From contig JBAYZI010000002.1 of NCBI GenBank assembly GCA_041672585.1, positions 1 through 58,410 on the forward strand: DNA of 58,410 nucleotides, read 5' to 3'. The stretch's first letter is position 1; the number at the start of each line of letters is the position of its first letter. The position numbers and the translations under genes were made by a program. The notes under the pieces are model-generated. The model saw only the letters and a program-made list of their open reading frames with translations, searched no databases and was not told the DNA's origin. This DNA is from Candidatus Cloacimonadales bacterium (GTDB lineage: Bacteria > Cloacimonadota > Cloacimonadia > Cloacimonadales > JAFGVF01). Below, one piece after another: positions 1 to 10,441 of the stretch.

Positions 1-554
1 CTCATAATAGGTGGTTGAATCACCGGAACCAACGCCATATAGGAATAGGCGGCAATAGCAATGGCGCCGAGTAAATGCGGAGCTAATTTAGACGATATAT
101 AAATCGAAGTTGGACCGTCTGCGCCTCCAATAATCCCGATTGAAGCAGCTTCCATCACATTGAATCCTAAGAGGAGTGAACCGATAAAGGTAATAAAGAT
201 ACCCGCCTGGGCTGCAGCTCCGATTAAGATTAGTTTGGGGTTAGCAATTAACGTTGAGAAGTCTGTCATGGCACCAATACCAAGGAAGATTAGAGGGGGG
301 TAATATCCCTTACTAACTCCCAGATAGAGATAGTATAAAACAGAACCTTCGTCATAGACGCCTTGTCCTTGCAATGCAACTCCGGGAATGTTTCCTATTA
401 AGATACCAAATCCGATAGGAACTAAGAGGAGTGGTTCATGTCCTTTAGCAATTCCTAGATAAAGGAATCCCAAGCCTATGATTATCATCCCAATATAGCC
501 CCAACTAAGATTATAAAATGCTGTAGTTTGGAAGAAGTTTATAAATTCTGCCAT
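1..554 (-). CDS. Na+-translocating decarboxylase beta (membrane) subunit, MmdB/OadB/GcdB family; N-terminal part only, 3' end runs off the window
   Basis: Absent from the ORF track because it is open at the window edge. Hand reverse-translation from ATG at 554-552 gives MAEFINFFQ... and then ...[21 protein letters not shown]..., matching the conserved N-terminal region of OadB/MmdB. It lies 2 nt downstream of the biotin carrier gene on the same strand. Confidence 0.8.
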   Translation of the reverse strand, partial: MAEFINFFQTTAFYNLSWGYIGMIIIGLGFLYLGIAKGHEPLLLVPIGFGILIGNIPGVALQGQGVYDEGSVLYYLYLGVSKGYYPPLIFLGIGAMTDFSTLIANPKLILIGAAAQAGIFITFIGSLLLGFNVMEAASIGIIGGADGPTSIYISSKLAPHLLGAIAIAAYSYMALVPVIQPPIM

Positions 555-556
555 TC

Positions 557-1291
557 CTAATCTCCTAACAGAATAAGAGCTTCATCTTCTTGAACAGCTT
601 GACCTTTAGTAACTAATACTTTCGTAACTGTTCCGGAGTAAACCGAAGAAATTTCAGATTCCATTTTCATAGCTTCTAAAATGAGTACCGGTTGGTCAGC
701 AGTGATCTTATCGCCCACTTTTACTAAGATATCAAAGACAGTTCCGGGAATAGGAGCAACTACACTTTTAGTGCCTGCAGGAGCAGGAGTAGCAGTAGGT
801 GCTGCTTGTGGTATTGGAGTAGATCTTTTTGGCTCTTTAATTTTAGTTTTAGGAGCAGGAGCTACTGCAACTTGATCGAATTTGACCTTAAATAAAGGAT
901 CATTCTCTTGAACTGCTGCTCTCTCTTTAACAAAGATCTCTTCAATAACTCCGGCTTCAGGAGTTTCAATATCAGATTCCATTTTCATTGCTTCCAAAAC
1001 AACGACAGTCTCGCCTTTTTCAACCCTATCTCCAACTTTTTTCTTGATGGAAAAGATGACACCCGGGATGGGAGCTTTTACTGAACCATCACCAAAATCA
1101 ACAAATAACTGAGGAGCGTCAGGAGACTCTTTAACAGTTCTTGTGATTTTAGGAACCGGATTATGAGAATCTTCTTCAAATTCTACCAAGAAAACATTGC
1201 CATTGACTTCGACTTTGGCATGTTCTGCATCAAAGGTGATTATTTTCGCATCATAATTCTCACCGTTTATTTTCATTTTATAACTTTTCAT
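557..1291 (-). CDS. Biotin carboxyl carrier subunit of the Na+-pumping decarboxylase, with two tandem biotinyl domains
   Basis: 244 aa. It has two biotin-attachment motifs ([13 protein letters not shown] and [13 protein letters not shown]) separated by a Pro/Ala-rich linker (APAPKTK...PTATPAPAG). The start overlaps the upstream gene stop (ATGA at 1291). Confidence 0.9.
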   Translation of the reverse strand: MKSYKMKINGENYDAKIITFDAEHAKVEVNGNVFLVEFEEDSHNPVPKITRTVKESPDAPQLFVDFGDGSVKAPIPGVIFSIKKKVGDRVEKGETVVVLEAMKMESDIETPEAGVIEEIFVKERAAVQENDPLFKVKFDQVAVAPAPKTKIKEPKRSTPIPQAAPTATPAPAGTKSVVAPIPGTVFDILVKVGDKITADQPVLILEAMKMESEISSVYSGTVTKVLVTKGQAVQEDEALILLGD

Positions 1292-2010
1292 TATTTCTTC
1301 CTCTCTATATTTTTGTTATAGATTTTATTAGGCATATCCAACTTTGCTGAAGCACTCCACATATTTACCGGAGTGCGACTGAAGGTCATTTGAATTTTAA
1401 CTCTCTCTTCAACTAATGATATATGCTTATGTAGAGCTGTAACCACAGCTACAATGGCATTAGAGCTTATCGATCCTGAGGGAGCGGTTATCTTACCAAT
1501 CGGTGAATCTACTGTTGTTGTTGCAGGTTTCTTTTTTTCAGATTTCGTAACTTTAACAACTTTTGCTCTATCAAGATGTCGTAGTTGTTCAATTATAAAG
1601 CTGATTAACAACAAACTAAAGAACACAACCAAAGTGCCTACTAAAGTGATACTTCCGCCGAATTTCATAGTTTTGCCTACAAATTCTGAGAATTTTTCAA
1701 CTATTGTAACTGGCTCAATATTAAGTTCTTTTAGGGGTATTAAGTCCCAAACACGACTCTGTGTCGGATGGATTCCAAATTCAGGGTGTGCTTCGCTATA
1801 TGCAGTTAATTCAGAAGCTAACATTGCCTTTAGGTTTTTTATGGGCATACTTATACTGTCAGCCACAGCTCTGATTGTGTAATTATCAGTAATCGTGAGT
1901 TGATTATCTTTGCCTGATTGATGATAGATTATTTTGGCATCTTCAAAAGCAAAGATATTTCCCATTACTAAAAGTAGAAGCAGTACTAATAACGTTTTAT
2001 TTTTTATCAT
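1291..2010 (-). CDS. Membrane-anchor small subunit of the decarboxylase (OadG/MmdD-like), unusually long
   Basis: 239 aa. It has an N-terminal signal/anchor (LLVLLLLLVMGNIFA) and a central hydrophobic helix followed by a basic stretch (GGSITLVGTLVVFFSLLLISFIIEQLRHLDRAK), as in OadG. The C-terminal AIVAVVTALHKH segment is typical of this subunit. Its operon position lies between the carboxyltransferase and the biotin carrier. Confidence 0.55.
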   Translation of the reverse strand: MIKNKTLLVLLLLLVMGNIFAFEDAKIIYHQSGKDNQLTITDNYTIRAVADSISMPIKNLKAMLASELTAYSEAHPEFGIHPTQSRVWDLIPLKELNIEPVTIVEKFSEFVGKTMKFGGSITLVGTLVVFFSLLLISFIIEQLRHLDRAKVVKVTKSEKKKPATTTVDSPIGKITAPSGSISSNAIVAVVTALHKHISLVEERVKIQMTFSRTPVNMWSASAKLDMPNKIYNKNIERKK

Positions 2011-2019
2011 TGTACTCTC

Positions 2020-3570
2020 CTATAAAGGAATGTTTCCATGCTTGCGAGGCGGATTTGAATCTTTCTTGTTGGCACACATTTCAAAAGCTCTGATAATCCT
2101 GAAGCGAGTTCGGCTCGGTTCAATGATATCATCAATATATCCTTTTTTGGCTGCATTATAAGGATTAGCAAACATCTCTCTATATTCATCTTCTTTCTGC
2201 TTTAAAGCAGCTTTAGGATCATCAGATTCCATTGCTTCTTTACGGAATATAACTTCCACAGCACCACCTGGTCCCATCACAGCAATCTCTGCTGAAGGCC
2301 AAGCATAAACCATGTCCGCTCTCATATGACGACTATTCATCACACAATAAGCTCCACCATAGGCTTTTCTCAAGATAACAGTGATTCTGGGAACTGTAGC
2401 TTCAGCAAAAGCATAAAGCAACTTAGCACCGTTTCTAATAATACCATTATGCTCTTGACTTGGTCCGGGTAAGAAGCCGGGAACATCTTCTAAGACTAAG
2501 ATAGGAATGTTGAAAGCATCGCAGAATCTGACAAATCTAGCTGCTTTAGTAGAAGCATTAATATCTAAGGTTCCGGCGAGAACTTTTGGCTGATTTGCTA
2601 CAACACCAACAGAATAGCCGTTGAAGCGACAAAAGCCGATAATTATGTTCTGAGCAAAGTTACGGGAAACTTCTAAAAACTCGTTCTCATCTGCTAACTC
2701 TTGAATAACATCTAACATATCGTAAGGCTTGTTAGCATTTGCAGGAATAAGATCGTTAAGTTTATCACATGCTCTATCTATTGGGTCAGCATTTGGGAAA
2801 TAAGGAGGTTCATCCATATTGTTAGAAGGAATATAACTTAATAACTTCTTGATTAATAATAAAGTCTCTTCTTCATTCTCTGTAACGAAATGAGTAACAC
2901 CACTCTTGGTTGCATGAGTCATTGCTCCACCAAGCTGTTCGGTTGTAACATCTTGATTAAGAACAGACTTCACAACTTTAGGTCCGGTTACAAACATATA
3001 GCTGTTCTTCTTGTCCATCATCACAAAGTCTGTTATAGCAGGTGAATAAACAGCTCCACCAGCACAAGGTCCTAAGATTGCTGAAATCTGAGGAACGACT
3101 CCGGAAGCCATTACGTTTCTGTAGAATATCTCGGCATAGCCGGCAAGAGCATCAACGCCCTCTTGAATTCTTGCTCCACCTGAGTCATTTAAGCCAATGA
3201 CAGGAGCACCCATTTTAATAGCCATATCCATAATTTTACAGATTTTCTCTGCATAAGTTTTTGATAAAGAACCACCTAAGACCGTAAAGTCTTGGGAGAA
3301 AATATAGACTAATCGACCATTAATAGTGCCACACCCTGTGATGACTCCATCACCGGGATGAATGCTATCTTGCATGTTGAAATCATGGCAATTATGCTCG
3401 ACGAACATGTCAAACTCTTCAAAACTTTTGGGGTCTAGAAGGTTATTGACTCTTTCGCGAGCAGTTAGTTTTCCCTTAGCGTGTTGGGTATCAATTCTTT
3501 TTTGCCCACCACCTTGTTCAGCCTCGGTTCGTTTAAGTCGCAATTCAGTAATTTGTTTTTCTGTGCTCAT
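2020..3570 (-). CDS. mmdA: Methylmalonyl-CoA decarboxylase alpha subunit / acyl-CoA carboxyltransferase (PccB/MmdA family)
   Basis: 516 aa, the typical length for the family. Family-typical blocks are present (GKLTARERV, GVITGxGxINGR, [24 protein letters not shown]..LAGxL). It is the first gene of an operon with the biotin carrier and beta subunit. Substrate specificity is inferred. Confidence 0.85.
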   Translation of the reverse strand: MSTEKQITELRLKRTEAEQGGGQKRIDTQHAKGKLTARERVNNLLDPKSFEEFDMFVEHNCHDFNMQDSIHPGDGVITGCGTINGRLVYIFSQDFTVLGGSLSKTYAEKICKIMDMAIKMGAPVIGLNDSGGARIQEGVDALAGYAEIFYRNVMASGVVPQISAILGPCAGGAVYSPAITDFVMMDKKNSYMFVTGPKVVKSVLNQDVTTEQLGGAMTHATKSGVTHFVTENEEETLLLIKKLLSYIPSNNMDEPPYFPNADPIDRACDKLNDLIPANANKPYDMLDVIQELADENEFLEVSRNFAQNIIIGFCRFNGYSVGVVANQPKVLAGTLDINASTKAARFVRFCDAFNIPILVLEDVPGFLPGPSQEHNGIIRNGAKLLYAFAEATVPRITVILRKAYGGAYCVMNSRHMRADMVYAWPSAEIAVMGPGGAVEVIFRKEAMESDDPKAALKQKEDEYREMFANPYNAAKKGYIDDIIEPSRTRFRIIRAFEMCANKKDSNPPRKHGNIPL

Positions 3571-3740
3571 TAATCCTCCGGGATTATCTTTTTTTAATTA
3601 TTTTGTTTAATAAATTATCCATTTTCATATCTAATATTCTACTGCCTAATATAATAACTTTAAAATTTTGTAAATAAAAAACTTTACTTATTCTGTTAAT
3701 CTAGAAATTATGGATTAACTATGTCTTAAGTGGAGTATTT

Positions 3741-4643
3741 ATGCCTGCCTATTTTGTCAAGATTATACCTGTATTAATTATGTTTTGTTTAGGATTTATC
3801 AGTAAAAAACTGAAAGTATTCACTAGTAAAGATGCAGATAGGTTTCTACAACTTGTTCTTAATGTTACTCTTCCGGCACTTACCATCGTCTCACTTACTA
3901 ATTTAAAATTAGATTTAAATTTACTCTATTTAATTTTATTTCCTCTGGCTATAGTTTTGATTACATTCATACCAGCAAATTATATTACAAATAAACTAAA
4001 AGTTTCAACAAAAACTAAAGGTAGTTTCCTAATTGGTTCTTTAATTATAAATACAGGTTTCGTCTCCACTTTCATTTATGCTTTCTATGGAGAAGCTGCT
4101 TTTGGCTATTATTCTCTGTTTGATTTGGGAAACTCCTTCATGATTTACATCTTTGCCTACTTTCAGGCAATCAGGTTTAGTTGTAAAGGAAAATCTCAAC
4201 TTCCTTTGTTAAAGATGCTCTCCTTGCCTCCACTCTGGGGTATTGGCATCGGATTAATTATTAATATGTTATCGTTGGAACTGAATCCTTTAATGCTCGA
4301 AACCTTAAATTATATCGGAATGCCTACGATGCCTTTGATGATATTTTCCCTGGGAATCTACTTTCAGCCGCGAATTGCTAACTTTAAATTAACACTTGGA
4401 GTGCTCTCTTTGAGAATGTTGTTGGGATTTGGTTTAGGAATGCTGATTGTTGAGTTGTTTAAGTTAGAACAGCCAATTTCTGATATTGTTATTCTCTGTT
4501 CAGCTGCTCCGGTTGGTTTTAATACCCTTATCTTTTCTGAATTAGAAGAGTTGGATAAAGAATTTGCCGCGACGATAGTTTCTTTTTCAATTCTTATCTC
4601 GCTTATCTTTATTTTTGGATATTCCTGTTTTAGGTTGGGATAA
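3741..4643 (+). CDS. AEC (auxin efflux carrier) family permease
   Basis: 300 aa and almost entirely hydrophobic, with about 9-10 helices. The two-halves architecture and the C-terminal CSAAPVGFNTLIF block are typical of the AEC family. Confidence 0.65.
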   Translation: MPAYFVKIIPVLIMFCLGFISKKLKVFTSKDADRFLQLVLNVTLPALTIVSLTNLKLDLNLLYLILFPLAIVLITFIPANYITNKLKVSTKTKGSFLIGSLIINTGFVSTFIYAFYGEAAFGYYSLFDLGNSFMIYIFAYFQAIRFSCKGKSQLPLLKMLSLPPLWGIGIGLIINMLSLELNPLMLETLNYIGMPTMPLMIFSLGIYFQPRIANFKLTLGVLSLRMLLGFGLGMLIVELFKLEQPISDIVILCSAAPVGFNTLIFSELEELDKEFAATIVSFSILISLIFIFGYSCFRLG

Positions 4644-4678
4644 AAGTCATAATAGTGGAAGATTTGCAAGGCAAAAAA

Positions 4679-4816
4679 TATTGACATAAACAATAACCGG
4701 GATGCTTGGGTTGGCAAGTGAAGTTGCACTTCTGCAACCTAATGGAGGAAGCGTTAGCGACCAATTCTCCAAAACTATTCACTTAGGGAGCATACTCAAT
4801 TATTGTTATGTCAATA
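4679..4816. repeat. 138-bp element bounded by 17/18-bp terminal inverted repeats (MITE-like or structured RNA)
   Basis: tattgacataaacaataa (4679-4696) pairs with ttattgttatgtcaata (4800-4816). The ~100-bp interior is GC-richer than its surroundings and contains the hairpin gttgcaCTTCtgcaac. Confidence 0.55.
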
Positions 4817-5156
4817 CATGTTTAAATTATCTTCAACAATTTTTCTACAAGCTATATAGAATGCTCTCCAGTTGATATATTACATTACCAAATCTCGGTT
4901 TGACAAGAGAAAAGATTTAGTCAGAGAGCATTGTAAATAATCCAGTTATTCAAAAATCTTACACTTTCTATAATTGCATTGTTAGTTCCATAATTTATTA
5001 TTTTGTCTAAACATAGTTTGAGTTGCTTCTAAAGAACTATGAATAGCATAGATATAAGCTTGAAAAACATCATGAGAAAAGAAAATGAAACTAATGAACT
5101 AGTATGATACAGCATGTCGGTGTAAACGAATTTTACACGTGTAAACAGCTAGTTTA

Positions 5157-6026
5157 TTAGCGAAAGTTGGGAGTCCACTCAGAAGATGGATTTAGCTCCT
5201 GTAGATAATAGTTGGTGAAGCCTAATTGTTCCAGAGCTTTGACAGCTGTTTGGTATTCAGCGGAAGTGATAGGACGGTTTATCTCGGGGAACTCATTGCT
5301 TCTGAAGGTAGGGTAATACTGGGCTAATAAACTAATGGTAATACCTAATCCCAAGTTATCAGCCAACCATGTTAAAATCGCTTCTGCTCCTGTAATATCA
5401 TTAGGTAGAACTAAGATTCTGATTAAGCTTCCCATCCACGCCAAATCATCTTCTACCTTAAGAGAACCTACTTGCCTAAACATCTCTTTAATAGCAGCTG
5501 AAGCTACTTCTCTATAAGAGCCTATCTGAGAATATTTCAAGGCATTAGCATTGTCCCAATAACGGAAATCAGCAAGATAAATATCGACTAATCCTTCCAG
5601 CTTTTTTAGGGTCTCAACTGATTCATAGGAGTTCGTATTCCACACTATAGGCAAGTCTAAACCTTCTTTCTTAACCTGTTCTAAGACAGGAATAAGCATG
5701 TCTGAATAGGGCGTAGGGGAGACTAGATTAATGTTAACAGCTCCTTGTTCTTTTAGTGAGAAGAAGATATCTCTTAACTCTTCAGGGGTGATTAGAGAGC
5801 CACTTCCCAGAGCTGATATCTTGTAGTTTTGGCAATAACAGCAGTGTAAATTACAGTGGGAAAAGAAGACGGTTCCGCTGCCTTTAGCACCTACCAAGAT
5901 AGGTTCTTCACCAAAATGAAGTTGGGCTAAATTAATCTTTAATTCTGCCGGTGCCTGACAAATTCCTATAGTGTCAATTCTGTTGACACCACATTTGTGC
6001 GGACAAACGAAGCATAGTTTGTTCAT
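5157..6026 (-). CDS. Radical SAM protein, PflX-like (pyruvate formate-lyase activase homologue, COG1313 type)
   Basis: It has the CNLHCCYCQN radical-SAM CxxxCxxC motif plus an N-terminal Cys cluster (CFVCPHKCG). The ORF track starts at 6038, but the second Met (6026) is preceded by GGAG with 6-nt spacing and the first Met has no RBS. Confidence 0.75.
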   Translation of the reverse strand: MNKLCFVCPHKCGVNRIDTIGICQAPAELKINLAQLHFGEEPILVGAKGSGTVFFSHCNLHCCYCQNYKISALGSGSLITPEELRDIFFSLKEQGAVNINLVSPTPYSDMLIPVLEQVKKEGLDLPIVWNTNSYESVETLKKLEGLVDIYLADFRYWDNANALKYSQIGSYREVASAAIKEMFRQVGSLKVEDDLAWMGSLIRILVLPNDITGAEAILTWLADNLGLGITISLLAQYYPTFRSNEFPEINRPITSAEYQTAVKALEQLGFTNYYLQELNPSSEWTPNFR

Positions 6027-6042
6027 AAATATCTCCATTTAA

Positions 6043-6077
6043 CAATTAGTAATTAGCAATTAGCAATGAGCAATTAG
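6043..6077. repeat. Heptanucleotide tandem repeat (C/T)AATTAG x5 (one unit degenerate)
   Basis: caattag taattag caattag caatgag caattag lies immediately upstream (minus-strand sense) of the RBS of the radical SAM gene. Confidence 0.85.
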
Positions 6078-6220
6078 AAGAAAAAAGGTGGATGCCGATT
6101 TTTCGGCGGGGTGAGGTCTTAAATCCCGAAGGGATGGAATATACTAGCAAGGGGTGTAAACCCCTTGATGATAAAAAATCAGACAATAACCCTGAAAGGG
6201 TGACATATAATCCATTCTCT

Positions 6221-6254
6221 GAAAAAGCAAGGAGATGTCAAGCGACATCTCCTT
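6221..6254 (-). terminator. Rho-independent terminator of the RND efflux operon
   Basis: The minus strand reads aaggagatgt-cgcttg-acatctcctt followed by gcttttt, about 60 nt after the pump stop codon at 6314. Confidence 0.65.
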
Positions 6255-6313
6255 ATTATTACAAGATTACCTCTTATTTATAAGCATAATCTAGATATAT
6301 CTTATTATTCTGT

Positions 6314-9300
6314 TTAGAGAGTTTTATGTTTCTTCTTGGCAGCCAAGCTTATCATAGCCGGCAAGATGTAGAGAGTAAGCAACATTGAACTTACAACACC
6401 ACCGATAGTAACAAGTCCCATTCCTCTTCTCATTTCAGCACCGGAACTACCGATACCCATTGCCATTGGAAGCATACCAATCACAATTGAGAGAGAAGAC
6501 ATGATAATAGGTCTAAGTTTAGCAGTACATGCATCAACTAAGGCTGCTCTGATTCTCAGACCTTGTTTGCGTAGTTGATTATAGTAGTCAAGAATCAGAA
6601 TACCATTATTCACCACAATACCGATCAACATCATAATAGCCAATAGCGAAATAATATTGAAAGGAGTACCTGTAGCGAACATAATCAACGCAACACCAAT
6701 CAGACCCAGTGGAAGAGTAACAAGAATGAGCAATGGTTGAGCAAAGCTTTCTAAGATAGCGGCTAAGAGCATAAAGGTAAGTAAAATAGCAAGAAGCATA
6801 GCCTTACCCATATCTTTATTAGTGTCGCCCATCATTTGAGACATTCCACCCCATTTGAGAGTAACATTGCCTGTATCCATACCATCGATTATCTCTTCTA
6901 TTTGATTTTGCAGTCTTCCTGTGGTATAGCCCGGAGCGTTACCTGCACTGATTTGAATAGCTTGGAACTTATCTCTTCTTTGAAGTTGATTATAAGCATC
7001 TCTTTCAGCAATAGTAACAACTTGTCCTACTGTGAATTCAGCACCCCTGCCATTTGTAAGAGGAATACTCATAATATCACTGCTACTAGTAACATCTTTA
7101 TCATCCATAGTAACTAAGATATCATAATCTTGGTTATTTTCGGTTAATTCCGAGTTTCCCATACCTTCAACTGCATATCTTAAAGCGACTGCAATTTCGG
7201 CAGTAGTGATACCATAGTTAGAAAGTTGTTCACGATTAGGTTCAACTATAAACTCTTTTTTACCGGGTTTATAACTTGCTTCAACATTAATTAAGCCTTC
7301 AATTTTCTTCATTTCTTTTTGAATTTCATTACTTATCGGAATTAATTCGTCCATGCTCTGTCCTAACAAGTAGAATTCAATAGGTGCTCCACCTCTACCA
7401 CCACCCATACTAGAAGTGGTTTGAATGCTTACTTTAGCATTAGGAATAGAAGCACATTGACGCGTTAATACCTGAGCTACTTCTTCAGAAGATAACTCTC
7501 TCTCGTCTGTTTCACTAAGTGTAAGAGTGAGCTGAGCTAAGTTAAGTCCTGTATCTAAGCTACCAAGTGTGCCTAGTTTTACAGTTGTCATTTTCACATC
7601 ATCACGAGTCTTAACGATATCTAAAACATCATTGACTGTTTGTTTAGTTGAATCTAGATTGTAGCCTTGAGGCAGTTCAATATTTATTTGTAAATATCCT
7701 TCATCCATGGTTGGCATGAACTCCATACCAATTTTAGGGAAGAGCGAGACACTAAAAACTAACAATCCGGCTGTCAGTAATAAAATAAAAGTAGAGATTG
7801 ATTTCTTATCAATAATAGCATGGAGAGTTCTGCCATAATTTTTTTCCATTCTTGTCATCCAAGCTTCAACAATTGCGCCAAACTTAGATTTCTTAGGGTT
7901 TTCCGGAATAATCAGGGAGGCCAGCATAGGAGTAATAGTGAATGATGCTATAAGTGAGAATATTGTTGCATAGGTAACAGTTAGAGCAAATTGGATAAAG
8001 AATCTGCCTGCCATACCTGCCATATTAGCGATTGGTAAGAACACCATCACGTTAGTAAGTGTGGAAGCGACCACTGCTACAAATATCTCAGCAGAACCTT
8101 TATCTGCAGCGTCTTTTCTATTTTCACTCATATTCTTGTGTCTGAATATGTTTTCAATCACAATCACAGAGTTGGTAACAATAATACCCACTGAGGTTGA
8201 GAGAGCCATCAGTGTCATAATGTTCAAAGTGAAACCTGACAAATAGGCTACGCCAACGGTAGCAATAATAGAGAAAGGCATAGAGAGTCCAACGATGATT
8301 GTGGAACGCCAGTCATGCAAGAAGAAGAGAAGAATTAAGCCTGTAAAGAGTACACCCAACAAAATGTTCATCAAGGTATCTTTTACCGATGATTCAGTAA
8401 ATTCTGATTTATCTGTTGTTACGGTTAGGTTCATATTGGCAGGCAAATCTTTTTCTATTTCCGGAATTAACTGCTTAGCTAATTTAGCTATCTCAACAGC
8501 ATTTCCTTCTTTACTTTTAATTAAGGAAAGCTGTACCACATTATCACTAACTTCCTGCTTTTCAGCATCATAGAGCATAGCACTTTGATTAACTTTTAAG
8601 AAAGTATCTTCAATCCTGGCTATCTGACCTAGTTTTTTATACCCATGAGCGGTAGGAATCTCTATATTTTCAATCTCGGCAATACTATTAAATTTACTCT
8701 CAAATTTTACAGTGAAATTTTGGTTAGTATATTCAAAAGAACCTGAAGGCAAGTTAAAGTTATTGGCTGCTAAGATTTGACTCACTTGAGCTAACGATAT
8801 ATTATTAGCTTTCATCTCTTCTCTATTGAAGATTATCTGAATCTGTCTTTCATTACCACCAATAATATCTACCTTGGCAATACCTTTAAGTTGAGCAAAT
8901 CTATCTTTCAAAACATTGTCTGCATATTCAAAGAGCTCTATTCCGGAAGCACTTCCCGAAAGCACAATATCCATGATTGACTGAGCACTAATGTCAATCT
9001 TATCAATGATTGGATCATCAGCATCAGCCGGCAAATCATTCACAATAGCAGCTACTTTATCAGCAATTTCCTGCTTTGCAATCTCCACATCTTTAGTAAG
9101 ATTAAAGAAAACAATGATAATACTGGCATTATCTATCGAGTAGGTCTGCATATAATCTATTTCAGAAACGGTGCTAATCTCATCTTCAAGTTTTTTACTT
9201 ATCTGAGTCTCTACATCTTGAGGACCTGCTCCACTGTAAATAACTCGGACTGTAACTATGGGTATATCTACGGCAGGCATTAAGTCCAAAGACATACTTG

Positions 9301-9388
9301 TGTACCCAATGATACCTAATACTACAAATAAGAGTAGTATCATGGTCATCATGATAGGTCTATTTATTGATATTTTTGATAGGGACAT
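6314..9388 (-). CDS. RND efflux permease (AcrB/HAE1 family)
   Basis: 1024 aa. It shows the 12-TM two-fold repeat architecture with large periplasmic loops. It forms an operon with adaptor, outer-membrane factor and TetR genes. Confidence 0.9.
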   Translation of the reverse strand: MSLSKISINRPIMMTMILLLFVVLGIIGYTSMSLDLMPAVDIPIVTVRVIYSGAGPQDVETQISKKLEDEISTVSEIDYMQTYSIDNASIIIVFFNLTKDVEIAKQEIADKVAAIVNDLPADADDPIIDKIDISAQSIMDIVLSGSASGIELFEYADNVLKDRFAQLKGIAKVDIIGGNERQIQIIFNREEMKANNISLAQVSQILAANNFNLPSGSFEYTNQNFTVKFESKFNSIAEIENIEIPTAHGYKKLGQIARIEDTFLKVNQSAMLYDAEKQEVSDNVVQLSLIKSKEGNAVEIAKLAKQLIPEIEKDLPANMNLTVTTDKSEFTESSVKDTLMNILLGVLFTGLILLFFLHDWRSTIIVGLSMPFSIIATVGVAYLSGFTLNIMTLMALSTSVGIIVTNSVIVIENIFRHKNMSENRKDAADKGSAEIFVAVVASTLTNVMVFLPIANMAGMAGRFFIQFALTVTYATIFSLIASFTITPMLASLIIPENPKKSKFGAIVEAWMTRMEKNYGRTLHAIIDKKSISTFILLLTAGLLVFSVSLFPKIGMEFMPTMDEGYLQINIELPQGYNLDSTKQTVNDVLDIVKTRDDVKMTTVKLGTLGSLDTGLNLAQLTLTLSETDERELSSEEVAQVLTRQCASIPNAKVSIQTTSSMGGGRGGAPIEFYLLGQSMDELIPISNEIQKEMKKIEGLINVEASYKPGKKEFIVEPNREQLSNYGITTAEIAVALRYAVEGMGNSELTENNQDYDILVTMDDKDVTSSSDIMSIPLTNGRGAEFTVGQVVTIAERDAYNQLQRRDKFQAIQISAGNAPGYTTGRLQNQIEEIIDGMDTGNVTLKWGGMSQMMGDTNKDMGKAMLLAILLTFMLLAAILESFAQPLLILVTLPLGLIGVALIMFATGTPFNIISLLAIMMLIGIVVNNGILILDYYNQLRKQGLRIRAALVDACTAKLRPIIMSSLSIVIGMLPMAMGIGSSGAEMRRGMGLVTIGGVVSSMLLTLYILPAMISLAAKKKHKTL

Positions 9389-9400
9389 TTATATATTCTC

Positions 9401-10432
9401 CTATTTAATTATCTTGATTAATGAGTTATCTGACACATAATGTGCACCTTGAGTGATTAAGATATCTCCTTCGTTTACGCCACTTGCTATTTCTACTTTT
9501 CCATTAAGACTTCTAGCAATTTGAACCTCTTTCCTCTGTGCCTTATCTCCATTCTTTACGAAAACAAAGTCCTTGCCATTATCAGAGACAACATATTGGC
9601 TCTCTATAGCGATAGAATTGGTTGTATATACTTCAATTTTGATATCGGCAGTAACACCGATTTTTACATCTTCATGTTTATTGGAAAAGAGAATATCTAC
9701 GATAAAGGCGTTTGTATCAAGATCAATAGCAGAAGAAACTTTATCTACTTTACCGTTAAGCGTAATATCACTCCATTTGGCTGTAGCCTTCTGACCTTTT
9801 TTAATATTTCTAATCTGGCTTTCTGGAACATAGATTCTAGCCCTATAACAACTAGTATCAACTACTTGGAAAAGCTTCTGGCCGGGAGTAATTACATCGC
9901 CAACTTCAGAATACATAATGCTGATTATGCCACTAATAGGAGCTTCCACATTCAGAATCTTGTTAATAGTTCCTAAATTACTCTTAGCTACTTCATATTG
10001 AACTTTAACTTGGTCTAAATCTTGTTGGGAAATAGCACCTGATGCAAATAAATTCAGCATTCTATTATAGGTGCTTTCGGCTAAATCATGAGCTTCTTTG
10101 ACTTGAGCAAATTGACTGGCAGGAACATCAGTAGGAACAGTTATAACTACATCATCTGCTTTGACTTTAGCATTAACATCTTTAACGATTGATTCAATTC
10201 TGCCGGCGATGGAAGAGGTTACTGTACTCTCTTTTAACCCTTTTAACTTACCGGGGAAAGAGAGACTTTGAGAATAATTATCCTTTTGCAATGTTTCTAT
10301 TTTAACAGGAATACCTTCACGAGCATGAATCTGTTCCATATTTTCACTTTTCACTAGCTCTTTTTTGCCACCACAACCCACCATTGCTAACAGTGAGGTA
10401 CTTAATATTAGTAAAGTTAATCTTTTAACCAT
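9401..10432 (-). CDS. RND efflux periplasmic adaptor (membrane fusion protein), lipoprotein
   Basis: 343 aa. It has a lipobox (LLAMVGCGG) and a coiled-coil hairpin region (DLDQVKVQYEVAKSNL). It lies immediately upstream of the RND pump. Confidence 0.85.
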   Translation of the reverse strand: MVKRLTLLILSTSLLAMVGCGGKKELVKSENMEQIHAREGIPVKIETLQKDNYSQSLSFPGKLKGLKESTVTSSIAGRIESIVKDVNAKVKADDVVITVPTDVPASQFAQVKEAHDLAESTYNRMLNLFASGAISQQDLDQVKVQYEVAKSNLGTINKILNVEAPISGIISIMYSEVGDVITPGQKLFQVVDTSCYRARIYVPESQIRNIKKGQKATAKWSDITLNGKVDKVSSAIDLDTNAFIVDILFSNKHEDVKIGVTADIKIEVYTTNSIAIESQYVVSDNGKDFVFVKNGDKAQRKEVQIARSLNGKVEIASGVNEGDILITQGAHYVSDNSLIKIIK

Positions 10433-10441
10433 GATTTCTCC

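Noticed and set aside
4644-5156. tRNA, tmRNA or other classical small RNA genes in the long intergenic gaps (also 12331-12733, 43868-44551, 47511-47746, 50819-51018, 57046-58383).
   Set aside because: I saw no cloverleaf-compatible sequence and no GTTCGAATC-like T-arm by eye. A computational scan (tRNAscan-SE, Infernal) would be needed to be certain.
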